Positions 1-10,736 of a DNA stretch of 60,732 bases are shown one piece after another. Every line of letters starts with the position of its first letter. Within the stretch, counting starts at the first letter, position 1. Location of the stretch: positions 1-60,732 of the forward strand of contig CAYVYP010000002.1 in the NCBI GenBank assembly GCA_964455975.1, given 5' to 3'. A program made the position numbers and the translations under genes. The notes beneath the pieces were generated by a model, which searched no databases, was not told the origin of the DNA, and saw nothing but the letters and a program-made list of their open reading frames with translations. The DNA is from an uncultured Lachnospiraceae bacterium. Lineage in GTDB: Bacteria > Bacillota > Clostridia > TANB77 > CAG-508.

Positions 1-96
1 CTATTTTAGTACCTTCTAGGCTTTTTATTCTTTTTAAAGTGTCAAACTCGAGATTGTAACATAAGTTTGTACTTTTGTCAAATACAACCTTATTTT

Positions 97-483
97 TTAA
101 AATATATTTTTTAAATTAAAAGCTTCTTTTTCTTTTATATGCTCTAATATAAATATGCATCTATCTAATTGTTCTATACTTCCAGACATTTCTTCTGCTT
201 GAATATTGCTTCTCATTGCTGTTATTGCTTCATTTACTTTTTCTAATTCATCATGTTCTAAATAATATGCTAAATTTTCATACATTTTTTCCCATGTATT
301 TGCTATTTCATCTGTTTTATTTTTTGTATTTTTAGTTTCTTGTGAATTTATTAATTCTTCTTTTACTTGGTTTAGCTCATTTGAAATATTATCTACACAC
401 TGTACTGTGTAGCTTTGTGTTTTTATACTTGCAACAATAATTGCTATTATAACGATAATTACAATTACTAATTCTTTTTTCAT
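97..483 (-). CDS. DUF4363-like membrane-anchored protein
   Basis: ORF 97..516 trimmed to MKKELV (ATG at 483) behind a GGAAGG RBS. It has one N-terminal TM helix followed by a charged helical domain. It lies directly downstream of a DUF421 gene, the usual DUF421/DUF4363 pairing in Firmicutes. Confidence 0.5.
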   Translation of the reverse strand: MKKELVIVIIVIIAIIVASIKTQSYTVQCVDNISNELNQVKEELINSQETKNTKNKTDEIANTWEKMYENLAYYLEHDELEKVNEAITAMRSNIQAEEMSGSIEQLDRCIFILEHIKEKEAFNLKNIF

Positions 484-494
484 ACTATACCTTC

Positions 495-1166
495 CTATTT
501 TGATTTTTCTTGGCAATAAAAATTCCCTTTTCCATCTATTGTTGCTATTAAAATATTTTGTGGATTTGTTTTAAATTTTTTTACTTCTTTTTCTAACCAA
601 ATATAATTTTTTCCTATTTTTTCTAAATTTTTATACATCACTTTTCCATCTACTACTAAATCGTATGATATTCCTTGATATTCTGGTTTAATATTAAAAT
701 CTTCTGGAGTTGTAGTTCTTTTATCTGGTTTTAATATTGTTGTTACTTGCCCGCTTGTTTCTAATATGGCATATTCCACATCTCCTATATTAAATACATT
801 ATTAGCTCTTAATCTTTCTTCTAATTCGTTTATTGTAAATCTTTCTTTTTTTAATGCCTTTTCATCTATTTTTCCTCTATATATTAATATTGATGGTTTT
901 CCACAAATTACTCCCCTTACTTTTACGCTTTTTAAATTTAACATAGATATAAATAAGTGCATTACTAAAAGTCCTAATATTGATATTATTCCATTTGTAA
1001 TTGGAACTCCTGAATTGGTCATTGGTATTGATGCTAAATCTGCTATCATTATAGATATTGCTAGTTCAAATGGTTGTAATTGACCTATTTCTCTCTTCCC
1101 CATTAGTCTCATAACTATTAAAACAATTATGTATAAAATAATAGCTCTGGTAAAAGTTGTTAACAT
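495..1166 (-). CDS. DUF421 (YetF/YdfS-like) membrane protein
   Basis: 223-aa ORF. The N-terminus MLTTFTRAIILYIIVLIVMRLMGKREIGQLQPFEL and following TM helices are typical of the YetF family. Confidence 0.7.
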   Translation of the reverse strand: MLTTFTRAIILYIIVLIVMRLMGKREIGQLQPFELAISIMIADLASIPMTNSGVPITNGIISILGLLVMHLFISMLNLKSVKVRGVICGKPSILIYRGKIDEKALKKERFTINELEERLRANNVFNIGDVEYAILETSGQVTTILKPDKRTTTPEDFNIKPEYQGISYDLVVDGKVMYKNLEKIGKNYIWLEKEVKKFKTNPQNILIATIDGKGNFYCQEKSK

Positions 1167-1382
1167 ATCTTCTCCTTTTTTATTAAATAAGAAAAATTGA
1201 GTATTTACACTGTTTTACAAAATTTTAATTATACTTTTTTTCTTTTCAATTAAGTTTATTTTAAACATTTTTTTTAACATTATTCATATTTTGAATAATC
1301 TATTTTTTTTTGTAAATAATAATTTTATAAAACCATGAAAAGACAAAAAATATATAAATTTAATTTTAGGAGGGGTTTTATT

Positions 1383-1772
1383 ATGTCAGATAATCAAACT
1401 GATACAAATACACGTAGTTCTTCTCAAAGTACTTTAGGTATGGTAGGACAAATTGTAGGAAGATTAGTTACAGCAGGTATAGTTCTTGCTATAACAGCTT
1501 TCTTTACACCAGGATTTAGCATAAATAATTTTTGGGCATTAGCCCTTGCTGCAGTTGTTTTAACTGTAATAGATTATTTAATAATTAAATTTACTGGCCT
1601 TCATGCAAGTGCTTTTGGTAAAGGGTTTGTAGGATTTGCTCTAGCCGCAGTTGTTTTATATGTAACACAATATTTTGTTGCTGGTTATACTATTTCTTGG
1701 ATAGCTGCAATTATAGGTGCTCTTATATACGGTGTAGTAGATTACTTTATACCTGGAGAACAACAAATGTAA
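1383..1772 (+). CDS. small 4-TM membrane protein (holin-4/YndM-like, tentative)
   Basis: ORF 1335..1772 trimmed to MSDNQ (ATG 1383), 7 nt after AGGAGG. It has a polar N-tail followed by Ala/Val/Gly-rich TM segments. The family assignment rests on general resemblance only. Confidence 0.4.
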   Translation: MSDNQTDTNTRSSSQSTLGMVGQIVGRLVTAGIVLAITAFFTPGFSINNFWALALAAVVLTVIDYLIIKFTGLHASAFGKGFVGFALAAVVLYVTQYFVAGYTISWIAAIIGALIYGVVDYFIPGEQQM

Positions 1773-1814
1773 TTTTTATTTAATAGAAAAATTTATTTTT
1801 TTATTAAACAAGCG

Positions 1815-1843
1815 AAATCCCCCAAGTGATATTGGGGGATTTT
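1815..1843. terminator. bidirectional rho-independent terminator between convergent genes
   Basis: Perfect hairpin aaatccccca / tgggggattt flanked by T and A runs. Confidence 0.7.
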
Positions 1844-1849
1844 ATTTGT

Positions 1850-3079
1850 TTAATTTTTTGAGTTATATAATTTTATAGCTGTTTCAGGACTATCTGTTCC
1901 TTGTGCATTTTTTACTGGTGCAAATTCTTCTTCTCTTTTTCCTCTCATTAATGTAATATCATCAAAATTTTCAAAACTATCAAATATAAAAGCTTCAAAT
2001 TTATATGCATTTGGCTTATCAACTTTTACCATTGTACCTGTTTGATCCATATAATCTGATTTTTTAAATGCACTATGATATTGCAATTTTTGTTTTGATA
2101 TTTGTAAAATAGCTTCTAAGCTAAATAAATTACACATTATATGAGATTCTCCATATAAAAGCTCATTATTTTCATCTACCATTTCTGCCATTTGCTCTGA
2201 AAGTTCTGTATATTCTATTACTTTAGGCTTATTATCTTTTTTACAAAATACTCCTACTTTTTCATATGGATTAGATTTTACTATTGTTTTTGATGCTATT
2301 TTATTATTTTGTTTTATTGTTATTCCAAGCAAAAGTGGGTCTACCATTTTAAGTAAGCAATTATCTACTCCTCCTATAAATAACCATTTTATGTTTCTTT
2401 TTTTCATATCTTCTATGCAGCCAGATTTTAGCATACTTTCAAATATTCCACCGTTTCCATCTGCAGCTTGTTTTATTAAATTGTTTTCACCTATAAATAG
2501 TTTTCCTTCTTCACTTACAAGTGGTAGTTCATTTTGTATAAAAAATATAATATCATTTTTATTATATCCAAAATAATTATTTTCTTCGAAAAATGCTATT
2601 GTTTCAGCATTATTTTCTTTGCTTGTCATAATATACCAAGGTATATTTATTTTATATTTTTGATTTGATTGTTTTAGTGTATCTGCTAAAATTTCAAAAA
2701 GTGACTTTGCTTTTGGTTCTATATTTAGAACATATTTGCCTTTTGGTCCTTCACATCCTAATCTAGTTCCTTGTCCTCCAGCCATTACAGCAAATGCATA
2801 TTCATTTTTAGTTATTACTTCTTCTCCTATTTTTATATGCTCTAATTTTTCTTTTTCAGATAATTTATGTTTATCTATGTATTTAGCAGGAGTAATTTCT
2901 CCTTTTGTAGCTGTTATATTATTTCTATTTTCATATAAGTTTTGTATTTGTTCAAAATCTATTTTTAATATTTGATTTATTAATTCTTCTTTTTTATTTT
3001 CTTCTAGTGTTTGCAAAAATTTAATAATATGCTCTTGATTATATTTTTTTAAAATTTCTAATGCTTTTTCCTCTTTCAT
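1850..3079 (-). CDS. UDPGP-family sugar-1-phosphate uridylyltransferase (UDP-N-acetylhexosamine/UDP-glucose pyrophosphorylase-like)
   Basis: 409-aa ORF with the MAGGQGTRLG...PKG nucleotide-binding loop and overall layout of the UAP1/UGP pyrophosphorylase family. Confidence 0.75.
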   Translation of the reverse strand: MKEEKALEILKKYNQEHIIKFLQTLEENKKEELINQILKIDFEQIQNLYENRNNITATKGEITPAKYIDKHKLSEKEKLEHIKIGEEVITKNEYAFAVMAGGQGTRLGCEGPKGKYVLNIEPKAKSLFEILADTLKQSNQKYKINIPWYIMTSKENNAETIAFFEENNYFGYNKNDIIFFIQNELPLVSEEGKLFIGENNLIKQAADGNGGIFESMLKSGCIEDMKKRNIKWLFIGGVDNCLLKMVDPLLLGITIKQNNKIASKTIVKSNPYEKVGVFCKKDNKPKVIEYTELSEQMAEMVDENNELLYGESHIMCNLFSLEAILQISKQKLQYHSAFKKSDYMDQTGTMVKVDKPNAYKFEAFIFDSFENFDDITLMRGKREEEFAPVKNAQGTDSPETAIKLYNSKN

Positions 3080-3174
3080 AATGACCTTCTTTCTTATAGT
3101 ATATAATATTCGTTTAATTTTATTTTTGATATTTTATCATATTAGTTTTTTTTTAGCAAATTCAATTTATTTTA

Positions 3175-3204
3175 TCATATTTTTTGCATTCCTTAATATA
3201 CATT
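3175..3204 (+). promoter_or_regulatory. candidate sigma-E-type sporulation promoter of spoIVA
   Basis: TCATATT (3175..3181), a 15-nt spacer, then TATACATT (3197..3204). This approximates the mother-cell sigma-E consensus (ATATT / CATACAnT), about 45 nt upstream of the spoIVA ATG. Confidence 0.35.
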
Positions 3205-3249
3205 AATTAAAGTTATTTTGTACAAACATTTTCTTAAGGAGGATTTTAA

Positions 3250-4729
3250 ATGGAAAATTTAGAACTATATAAAGATATAGCAAAGCGTACAGATGGAGAC
3301 ATTTACGTTGGGGTAGTTGGTCCTGTAAGAACTGGTAAATCTACTTTTATAAAACGTTTTATGGACTTACTTGTTATTCCTAACATTGAAAACGAATACA
3401 AAAGAGAACGAGCAAAAGATGAACTTCCACAAAGCAGTAGTGGAAGAACTATTATGACTACAGAGCCAAAATTTGTACCTAATGAAGCAATTGAAATAAC
3501 AGTTGGAAATAATATTAAACTAAAAACAAGACTTGTTGATTGTGTTGGTTATTTAGTAAATAATGCAATAGGATATTTAGAAGATGATGTACCTAGAATG
3601 GTTAAAACGCCTTGGTCTTCCGAAGAAATTCCTTTTGAAAAGGCTGCTGAAATTGGTACAAAAAAAGTAATTGAAGAACATTCTACTATTGGTATTGTAG
3701 TTACTACAGATGGCTCTATTACAGATATTCCAAGACAAGACTATATAGAAGCTGAAGAAAGAGTTATAAATGAATTAAAAGCTTTAAATAAACCATTTTT
3801 AATTATATTAAACTCTAATAGTCCTAGTTCTAGCTATTGCCAAGAATTAGCACAAAAACTTCAAGAAAAATATAATACACCTGTACTACCTACCGATTGT
3901 GCTAATTTAGATTTAGATAATATTAATGGAATATTTTCAAAAATTTTATATGAATTTCCTATTGAAAAAATGAATATTAATTTTCCTAAATGGGTAGATG
4001 GATTATCTTTTGAACATTCTTTAAAACAAGAATTGTATTCTGAAATAAAAAATGCTTTTAAAGATATTTCTATTCTAAAACAAATAGATTCTGGAATTAC
4101 TTCTTTACAAAAAACTGAAATTATAGAAAAAACTACAGTAGCAGAAATTAATTTAGGCAATGGAAATGTAAATATTGAAATTAGCTTAAAAGAAGAACTT
4201 TTCTATAGTGTTATTTCTGAAATTTCTGGAGTTGATATACAAAATGAAGGTGATTTGTTCCAGACTATGACTGCTTTTTCTAAAACTAAAAAAGAATATG
4301 ATAAAATTTCATATGCATTAGATGAAGTTAAAGCAAAAGGTTATGGAATTGTAACTCCTTCTATGGATGAATTAATTTTAGATGAACCTGAAATGGTAAA
4401 ACAAGGTTCAAGATATGGTGTTAAATTAAAGGCTAAAGCACCTTCTATACATATGATTAGAGCTGATATTGAGACTGAAGTTTCTCCTATTGTTGGCAGT
4501 GAAAAACAATCAGAAGATTTAGTAAATTACTTACTTTCCGAATTTGAATCTGATCCTAAAAAGATTTGGGAATCTAATATATTTGGAAAAAGCTTACACG
4601 AACTTGTAAACGAAGGATTACAAAATAAATTATGTCGTATGCCAGAAGATGCACAATTAAAACTACAAGAAACATTAGAGCGCATTGTAAATGAAGGAAG
4701 TCGGCGGATTAATTTGTATAATATTATAA
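3250..4729 (+). CDS. spoIVA: stage IV sporulation protein A (needs +1 at CGGC, extra C at 4702)
   Basis: MENLELYKDIAKRTDGDIYVGVVGPVRTGKSTFIKRFM matches the SpoIVA Walker-A N-terminus. The raw ORF ends aberrantly (..EGSRRINLYNIIISI). Skipping C4702 gives the conserved SpoIVA C-terminus NEGSGGLICIIL followed by a stop at 4727..4729. Length is 3n+1. Confidence 0.9.
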
Positions 4730-4891
4730 TATCAATTTAATATTTAAAAATATAATTTGAAATGAACCTAAATTATTAGACAAGAAAGTTTAATAATAAG
4801 GGTTCATTTTTATATAATAAGATTTTTATTCAAAATTATATATACATATTTTTTCAAAATTTGGTAAATACTATTATAAAATAATTACTAT

Positions 4892-6645
4892 TTGGAGGGA
4901 ATTTTGAGCAAATTATCTAACGAAATAAAAACTTTTTTTTCTAAAATTTTTTCATATAATGATATTGATAAATATGACTTTGTGCTTTATGAAACACAAG
5001 AAGAAAAAGCTATTGAAAATAATTCTTTTGTAGAAAATTTAAATAATGATGATAAACTTTTAGAAAATGCTAATAAAAATGTTTATCCTGCTATAGAAAA
5101 AAATTTAGATTATATGAAAGTTAAATATAATTCAATTATTAATAGCGATATTATAATAAGAGAATTTACTCTAACTGCTAGAAATAAGCAATATAAATCT
5201 TTTTTATTATATATTGATGGTATGGTAGATTCTAAAACAATTAATGATTTTATTTTAGAACCTCTTATGCTTAAAAATAGAGCAAATTCTTTTGATGGTA
5301 ATGAAAATATTGTATCTCAAAATACTTATAATAATGTTATTGTTAAAAAAGTTAAAAAATTCGACTTACTTTCATATATATATAATAGTCTTATGCCTCA
5401 AAATAGTATAAAAAAAGAAACAGAATTTTCAGAAATTATAATGGGAGTAAACTCTCGGAAATTGTGCTTTGTTTATTGATACTTTAGATACTTGTTTTAA
5501 TATTGATGTTAAAGGATTTAAGCAAAGAAGTATCGATACTCCTAATAATGAAGTTGTTATAAAAGGACCTCAAGAAGCTTTTATTGAATCATTAAGAACT
5601 AATACTTCTTTAATTAGAAGAATTATTAATAATGAAAATTTAGTTATTGAATCTACTAAAGTAGGAAAAATTAGTCAGACCTCTTGCGCCATATGTTATT
5701 TAAAAAATGTTGCTAATAATGATTTAGTTTCAGAGGTTAAATATAGGATTAATAATTTAGATGTAGATTCAATACTCACTTCCCGGGCAATTAGAACAAT
5801 TAATAGAAGAAACTAATAAATATAGTATTCCTCAAATTTTATCTACTGAAAGACCTGATAAAGCCGCAAAATTTTTATTTGAAGGAAGAGTTGTTGTTAT
5901 TGTAAATGGTGCTCCCTATTCTATAGTAATGCCAGCAACTTTTATTGATTTTATGTCGTCTCCTGAAGATACTAATATGAAATTTCAATTTGCTAATTTT
6001 TTAAAATTTCTTAGGATTTTAGCTATGTTTTTAACTCTTCTACTACCTGGGATTTATGTAGCTATTGCAAATTTTCACCAAGAACTCATTCCAACGGAAT
6101 TACTTTTTTCTATACTGGGTTCAAGAGAAAATGTACCATTTCCTATTTTATTTGAAATTTTAGTTATGGAGGTTTCTTTTGAACTTATTCGTGAGGCTGG
6201 CTTACGTGTACCATCTCCAGTTGGGCCTACAATTGGTATAGTTGGAGCATTAGTTTTAGGACAAGCAGCAGTTGCTGCAAATATTGTAAGTCCTATTCTA
6301 ATAATAATTGTAGCTTTAACAGGAATTGCCTCTTTTGCAATTCCAGACTTTACTTTTGGATTTCATTTAAGGTTTTTAAGATTTATTTTTATTATTTTAG
6401 GATATGTAGCAGGCTTTTTAGGTATAGGAATTGGAATATTTGTATATCTTACTATTTTATGTAGTTTAAAATCATTTGGAGTACCATATATGGTACCTTT
6501 TTCTCCAATAACTAATTCAAAAGGAGCTTCTTATTTTGTTTCTCCTACTTGGAAGCAAGAAAAAAGACCTGATTACCTAAATACTAAAAAACCTAATTCT
6601 CAAGGAAAAATTAGTATGAATTGGAGATACAAAACGAAAGGATAA
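4892..6645 (+). CDS. spore germination protein, GerA-family A subunit (needs +1 at CGGA 5455 and CGGG 5784)
   Basis: Three ORF fragments (4892..5479, 5469..5816, 5929..6645). Skipping C5455 joins ..GVNSGNCALFIDTLD.., and skipping C5784 joins ..ILTSGQLEQLIEETNKYSIPQILSTERPDKAAKFLFEGRVVVIVNGAPYSIVMPATF... Both junctions are standard GerA-family sequence. Length is 3n+2. The TTG start is uncertain (4892 or 4904). Confidence 0.85.
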
Positions 6646-6649
6646 AATT

Positions 6650-7753
6650 ATGAACCAAAATAGAATAGGAAATTTTGAGGCAGTTTCATTTATTTTAATT
6701 ATATTAATTAACCATATTATACTTAATCTTCCAACAAGTATAATTGCTTCTTGTGGTTCTTCTTCTTTAATAAATATTGTATTTGTTTTTATAATAGCTT
6801 TTTTAATTACATTTTTAGTAAGTAAACTTTTAAAAAACTTTCCTAATTCTAACATTTTAGATATTTCAAATTTTTTAGGTGGAAAAATTTTTAAATTTAT
6901 TATTGGTATTTTATTTTTAATTTATTTTATTTTAATTGGAAGTATTTTACTTAGAAGTTTTTGTGAGAATTTAAAAATTATATACTTTCAAAGAACTTCT
7001 ATTAGTCTTATTTTAGCTATGTTTTTTATTGGAGTTTTAATTGTTAATAAACTTAATTTTAAAGCTATAATTAGAAGTAGTATGCTTGTTCTGCCTATTA
7101 TTTTATTTAGCATATTTTTTATTTTTATTAGTAATTTAAAAAATTTTACTTTTGAAAGCATTTTTCCAATTTTAGGTAATGGCTTTAATCCAACATTTTT
7201 AAGTGGTATGAGCAATATTTTTGCCTTTGCTGGAATTGCATTTATTTATTTTTTACCACCTCTTATTGCTAAGCAAGAGGCTTTAAAAAAAGTATCTTTA
7301 ATTAGTATTTGCATATCTGGAATTTATTTACTTTTAAGTGTTGCTACACTTTTATTTATGTTTCCTGTTACTCTTGCTTCAGAAGAAATAATGCCTCTTT
7401 ATTTAGCATCAAGATATATTGAATTTGGTAGTTTTTTTCAAAGATTAGATGCAATATTCTTACTTATATGGATTCTATCAATTTTAAGCTATATTAGTAT
7501 TGTAACTGGATTGTGTATAATGATTTTTAAGGAAATAACTAATATAAAAAATACTAAACCTTTAACTTCACTATTTTGTCTTTTGTTTTTTAGTGTTTGT
7601 CTAATTCCTAAAACTACTATTCAATTAAAATTTATAGAAAATACAATTTATAAATATTTTGTTTTAATTTTAGTTTTTGGAATTAGTATTATTACATTAA
7701 TTTTAGCAAATTTAAAATTTAAAAAATTAAATAAAAATCGAGGTGATGTTTAA
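6650..7753 (+). CDS. spore germination protein, GerAB-type permease subunit
   Basis: 367-aa ORF with about 10 TM segments, placed second in an A-B-C germinant receptor operon. Confidence 0.8.
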   Translation: MNQNRIGNFEAVSFILIILINHIILNLPTSIIASCGSSSLINIVFVFIIAFLITFLVSKLLKNFPNSNILDISNFLGGKIFKFIIGILFLIYFILIGSILLRSFCENLKIIYFQRTSISLILAMFFIGVLIVNKLNFKAIIRSSMLVLPIILFSIFFIFISNLKNFTFESIFPILGNGFNPTFLSGMSNIFAFAGIAFIYFLPPLIAKQEALKKVSLISICISGIYLLLSVATLLFMFPVTLASEEIMPLYLASRYIEFGSFFQRLDAIFLLIWILSILSYISIVTGLCIMIFKEITNIKNTKPLTSLFCLLFFSVCLIPKTTIQLKFIENTIYKYFVLILVFGISIITLILANLKFKKLNKNRGDV

Positions 7754-7755
7754 TA

Positions 7756-8985
7756 ATGTCTAAACATTCTTCTAAATATTTTTTATTATTAATTTTAATC
7801 TTTACTTTTAGTACTTTGTTTACAGCTTCATATACTAGTCAAAGCGTTAATGATTTAGCTTATGCTGTTGCTATTGGTATAGATACTGGAAGTAATAATA
7901 ATTTAAAAATTACATTTCAATTTACAAAATCAAATTCTTCTGGAGAAGGTAGTTCAGATGTTTCTCCAACCATTACAAATTCTGTTGAAAGTCCTTCAAT
8001 AGATTCTGGTATAAACTTAATGAACACTTACATTAGTAAAGAAATAAATTTATCACATTGCAAAATTATAGTTTTTTCTGAAGAAGTAGCGAGTCGTGGT
8101 ATTTCAAAAGAAATATATAGTTTAATGAATAAAATAGAAATAAGACCAGATGCAAATGTTGTTGTTTCAAAATGTGATGCAAAAGATTTTATTGAAAATT
8201 CTAAGCCTATTTTAGAGAATTTAGTAACAAAATATTATGAAAAAGTTCCTATATCCAGTCAATATACTGGCTATACAGCTAATATAAAATTAGGCGATTT
8301 TTTCAACAGGCTAAAATGTAATGCTTGTGAAAGTGTTGCTATTTTAGGTGGCATAAATACTGGCACTTCTAATAGTTTTAACAATTCTTTAGATACATTT
8401 AAACAAAGCTCTGACAAAAGTTCTGATAGTGATTCTGAAAAACCAGAAATAAGATCTGAAACCTTTGGTCTTGCTGTTTTTAAAAATGATAAATTAGTTG
8501 GAGAATTAAAACCTTTAGAAACTCTTTCTTATTTAATTATTAGAAATGAATTTAAAAATTCTACAATTACTGTTCCAAGTGGTTCTAATAGTGATGAAAT
8601 TATTGATTTATATTTATATCAACAATCAGACTCAAAAGTAACTGCAGACATTATAAATGGTTCTCCTTATTTTAAAATAAATGTTTCTTTAAATGCTAGA
8701 ATTTTATCTATAGGTGATACTACATCTAATTTAACACAGGAAAAGTTAGATTCTATTTCTGATAGTATAAGTAGTTATTTAAAAGAAACTATTTTAAACT
8801 ATTTATATAAAACATCAAAAGAATTTGGCTCTGATATTACAGGATTTGGAAAACACATTTTATCAAAATTTTTAACACAAGAAGATTTCACAAACTATAA
8901 TTGGTCAGAAAATTATAAAAATTCATTTTTTGATGTAACAGTAAATACTCATGTTAAATCTGAATTTTTATTAATAGGAACTTAA
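7756..8985 (+). CDS. Ger(x)C-family germination protein
   Basis: 409-aa ORF with an N-terminal signal/anchor and the LAYAVAIGIDTG motif typical of GerAC-family proteins. It is the third gene of the operon. Confidence 0.75.
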   Translation: MSKHSSKYFLLLILIFTFSTLFTASYTSQSVNDLAYAVAIGIDTGSNNNLKITFQFTKSNSSGEGSSDVSPTITNSVESPSIDSGINLMNTYISKEINLSHCKIIVFSEEVASRGISKEIYSLMNKIEIRPDANVVVSKCDAKDFIENSKPILENLVTKYYEKVPISSQYTGYTANIKLGDFFNRLKCNACESVAILGGINTGTSNSFNNSLDTFKQSSDKSSDSDSEKPEIRSETFGLAVFKNDKLVGELKPLETLSYLIIRNEFKNSTITVPSGSNSDEIIDLYLYQQSDSKVTADIINGSPYFKINVSLNARILSIGDTTSNLTQEKLDSISDSISSYLKETILNYLYKTSKEFGSDITGFGKHILSKFLTQEDFTNYNWSENYKNSFFDVTVNTHVKSEFLLIGT

Positions 8986-9004
8986 TTTAAAAAGAGGAAA
9001 AAAT

Positions 9005-9169
9005 ATGTTACTTTTAATATTTATAATATCATTATATAGTTTTATAAAGTCAGTTTCATATGCTATTTTTGAAATAAAAACCAATCAAAATATTTTTGGC
9101 GGAACTTGTATAATTATTTTAAGTAGTGTTATTTTATTCTTACCAAGCTATATGTTTTTAATTAGATAA
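9005..9169 (+). CDS. 54-aa two-TM micro-protein trailing the ger operon
   Basis: Not in the ORF track. ATG 9005 follows AAGAGGAAAAAA, and the product is MLLLIFIISLYSFIKSVSYAIFEIKTNQNIFGGTCIIILSSVILFLPSYMFLIR. A hairpin terminator follows immediately. Confidence 0.4.
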   Translation: MLLLIFIISLYSFIKSVSYAIFEIKTNQNIFGGTCIIILSSVILFLPSYMFLIR

Positions 9170-9174
9170 AAAAT

Positions 9175-9197
9175 AAGGGGCTTCTAATTAGCCCCTT
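9175..9197. terminator. hairpin terminator (aaggggc-ttctaatta-gcccctt)
   Basis: 7-bp GC-rich stem with flanking A and T runs. Its loop plus right arm are duplicated at 10983..10998. Confidence 0.65.
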
Positions 9198-9280
9198 GTA
9201 TAAAATTTATTGATTTAAGAACCCTCAGTCGCTTCGCGCCAGCTTCCTTATTAAAGGAGCTTTAAATTGGTTCTTTTAAT

Positions 9281-9334
9281 TAATCTACTATTTATATTCT
9301 ACCTAATCTACTATTTATATTCTACCTAATCTTA
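9281..9334. repeat. 23-bp tandem direct repeat, 2.3 copies
   Basis: taatctactatttatattctacc occurs at 9281..9303 and 9304..9326, followed by a partial third copy, taatctta. Confidence 0.9.
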
Positions 9335-9389
9335 TTATTTTTGACAATAGGTTTTTGAGATTTTTTAAAAATAGTTCTTTTTAAAGGAA

Positions 9390-10197
9390 TTATACTATAT
9401 ATTCCTTTATTGTATCTAATATTTTATTAATACTTTCTCCAGTCCAGTTATTGTTATTAGATAAATTTTTAATAAACATATCTTCACTTAAAACTAAATT
9501 TATAATATTTGAAACATCACTAATATTTTTTATTTCAATATCTGTATTAAAAATTAAAATTTTCATATAGTTTAATATTTGTTTTTTATCTAATTTTCCT
9601 TTTTTAATTAACCAATATAAATCAAATATATCTCTATATCTTGTTGAAAGTGGACCAAATTTTAATAATGGAATAATCTTTTCAACAAATATTTGCTCTT
9701 TAGGATTTACTAAAAAACTAATGTTATCCTCTATTATCTTTGTATCTAACAACAATGTATCTTGCAATATATCAATATGTTTATGTACTCCAATGTCTAA
9801 TTTTATATGATAACTTTTATTATATTTATCCGATATTGTAACAGTTAATCTTTTTCCGTGATAATCTTGATGTGATAATTCTTCAATTTTATCTTTATCT
9901 ATTTCTAATTTAAAACCATCAATATTATCTAATTTCCCTAATTCCATAAAAATATTTACTATGTTGTCTGTTGCTATAGACATATTTATTAAATCCATAT
10001 CTATGTCTATTGTTGCTCTACGAATATTTCCGAGTCAAGTGAAACATTACAACTCCACCTTTTATTGTAATTCTATCACTATATTTAGAATTATATATTC
10101 TATTTATTATAATATCTTGACAGACCTTTGAAATTGCATAATTTCTTGTATATCCGTCTTTTACGTACTCATTTATACAGTCTTGTAGACTATTCAT
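9390..10197 (-). CDS. abiEii: AbiEii-type nucleotidyltransferase toxin (needs +1 at CGGA, extra base at 10032)
   Basis: ORF 9390..9998 plus an upstream fragment starting MNSLQDCINEYVKDGYTRN (ATG 10197). Skipping the C gives ..GGVVMFHLTGNIRRATIDIDMDLINMS.., the R-x-T-x-D-I-D nucleotidyltransferase core of the DUF1814/AbiEii family. The start overlaps the AbiEi stop (ATAATG). Length is 3n+1. Confidence 0.75.
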
Positions 10198-10736
10198 TAT
10201 ATAACCTCCGTTTCAATAGTTTTAATTATATATGAATTATTAAATAATTTTGCGTATTTATATACTTTTATAAAATTAATTTCTTCTTTTATTTTTCTAT
10301 AATTATTTAAAACTTCTTTATATAATTCATATGGCAATTTTGTTTTATATCTAATTAGCTCAATTAATATTCTCTCTTTATCATATATATTTACTTCTGT
10401 ATCTTCTATTTTCATTTTTGTTACGCCAATATCTAAAAAATTCTTTGTTGTAAATATTTGCTTTACTGAATTTTCATTTATAATATGAGATTTTCTTTCT
10501 GTTGCTATATAATGATATTCTGGTATTTTATCTGTTAAATCATAATAAAAAAAAGCACTATTTAATGTTAGTATTGATTTAGGATATTTTTTTGTTATAA
10601 TAGCCAAATCACTTGGATATTCTTCATCTGAATAAATGCCTTTTGATACCTTAAATAACTCTTTATTTTTTATCTTCTTTTCTATTTCATATCTATTAAA
10701 ATTCTTTTCTAATAACTCTTTATAATAAAATAACAT
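10197..10736 (-). CDS. abiEi: AbiEi-family antitoxin / transcriptional regulator
   Basis: 179-aa ORF translationally coupled upstream of the AbiEii-like gene. The N-terminal region is HTH-like. Confidence 0.65.
   Translation of the reverse strand: MLFYYKELLEKNFNRYEIEKKIKNKELFKVSKGIYSDEEYPSDLAIITKKYPKSILTLNSAFFYYDLTDKIPEYHYIATERKSHIINENSVKQIFTTKNFLDIGVTKMKIEDTEVNIYDKERILIELIRYKTKLPYELYKEVLNNYRKIKEEINFIKVYKYAKLFNNSYIIKTIETEVI

Noticed and set aside
4690-4715. Classical slippery-sequence frameshift signals (X-XXY-YYZ heptamers, a prfB-like upstream Shine-Dalgarno, downstream pseudoknots) at the break sites.
   Set aside because: The codon before the C varies (agt, tct, tcc, act, ttt, att, atg, cct, gct, aaa), so re-pairing by slippage is not possible. 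I saw no shared upstream SD-like or downstream structure.
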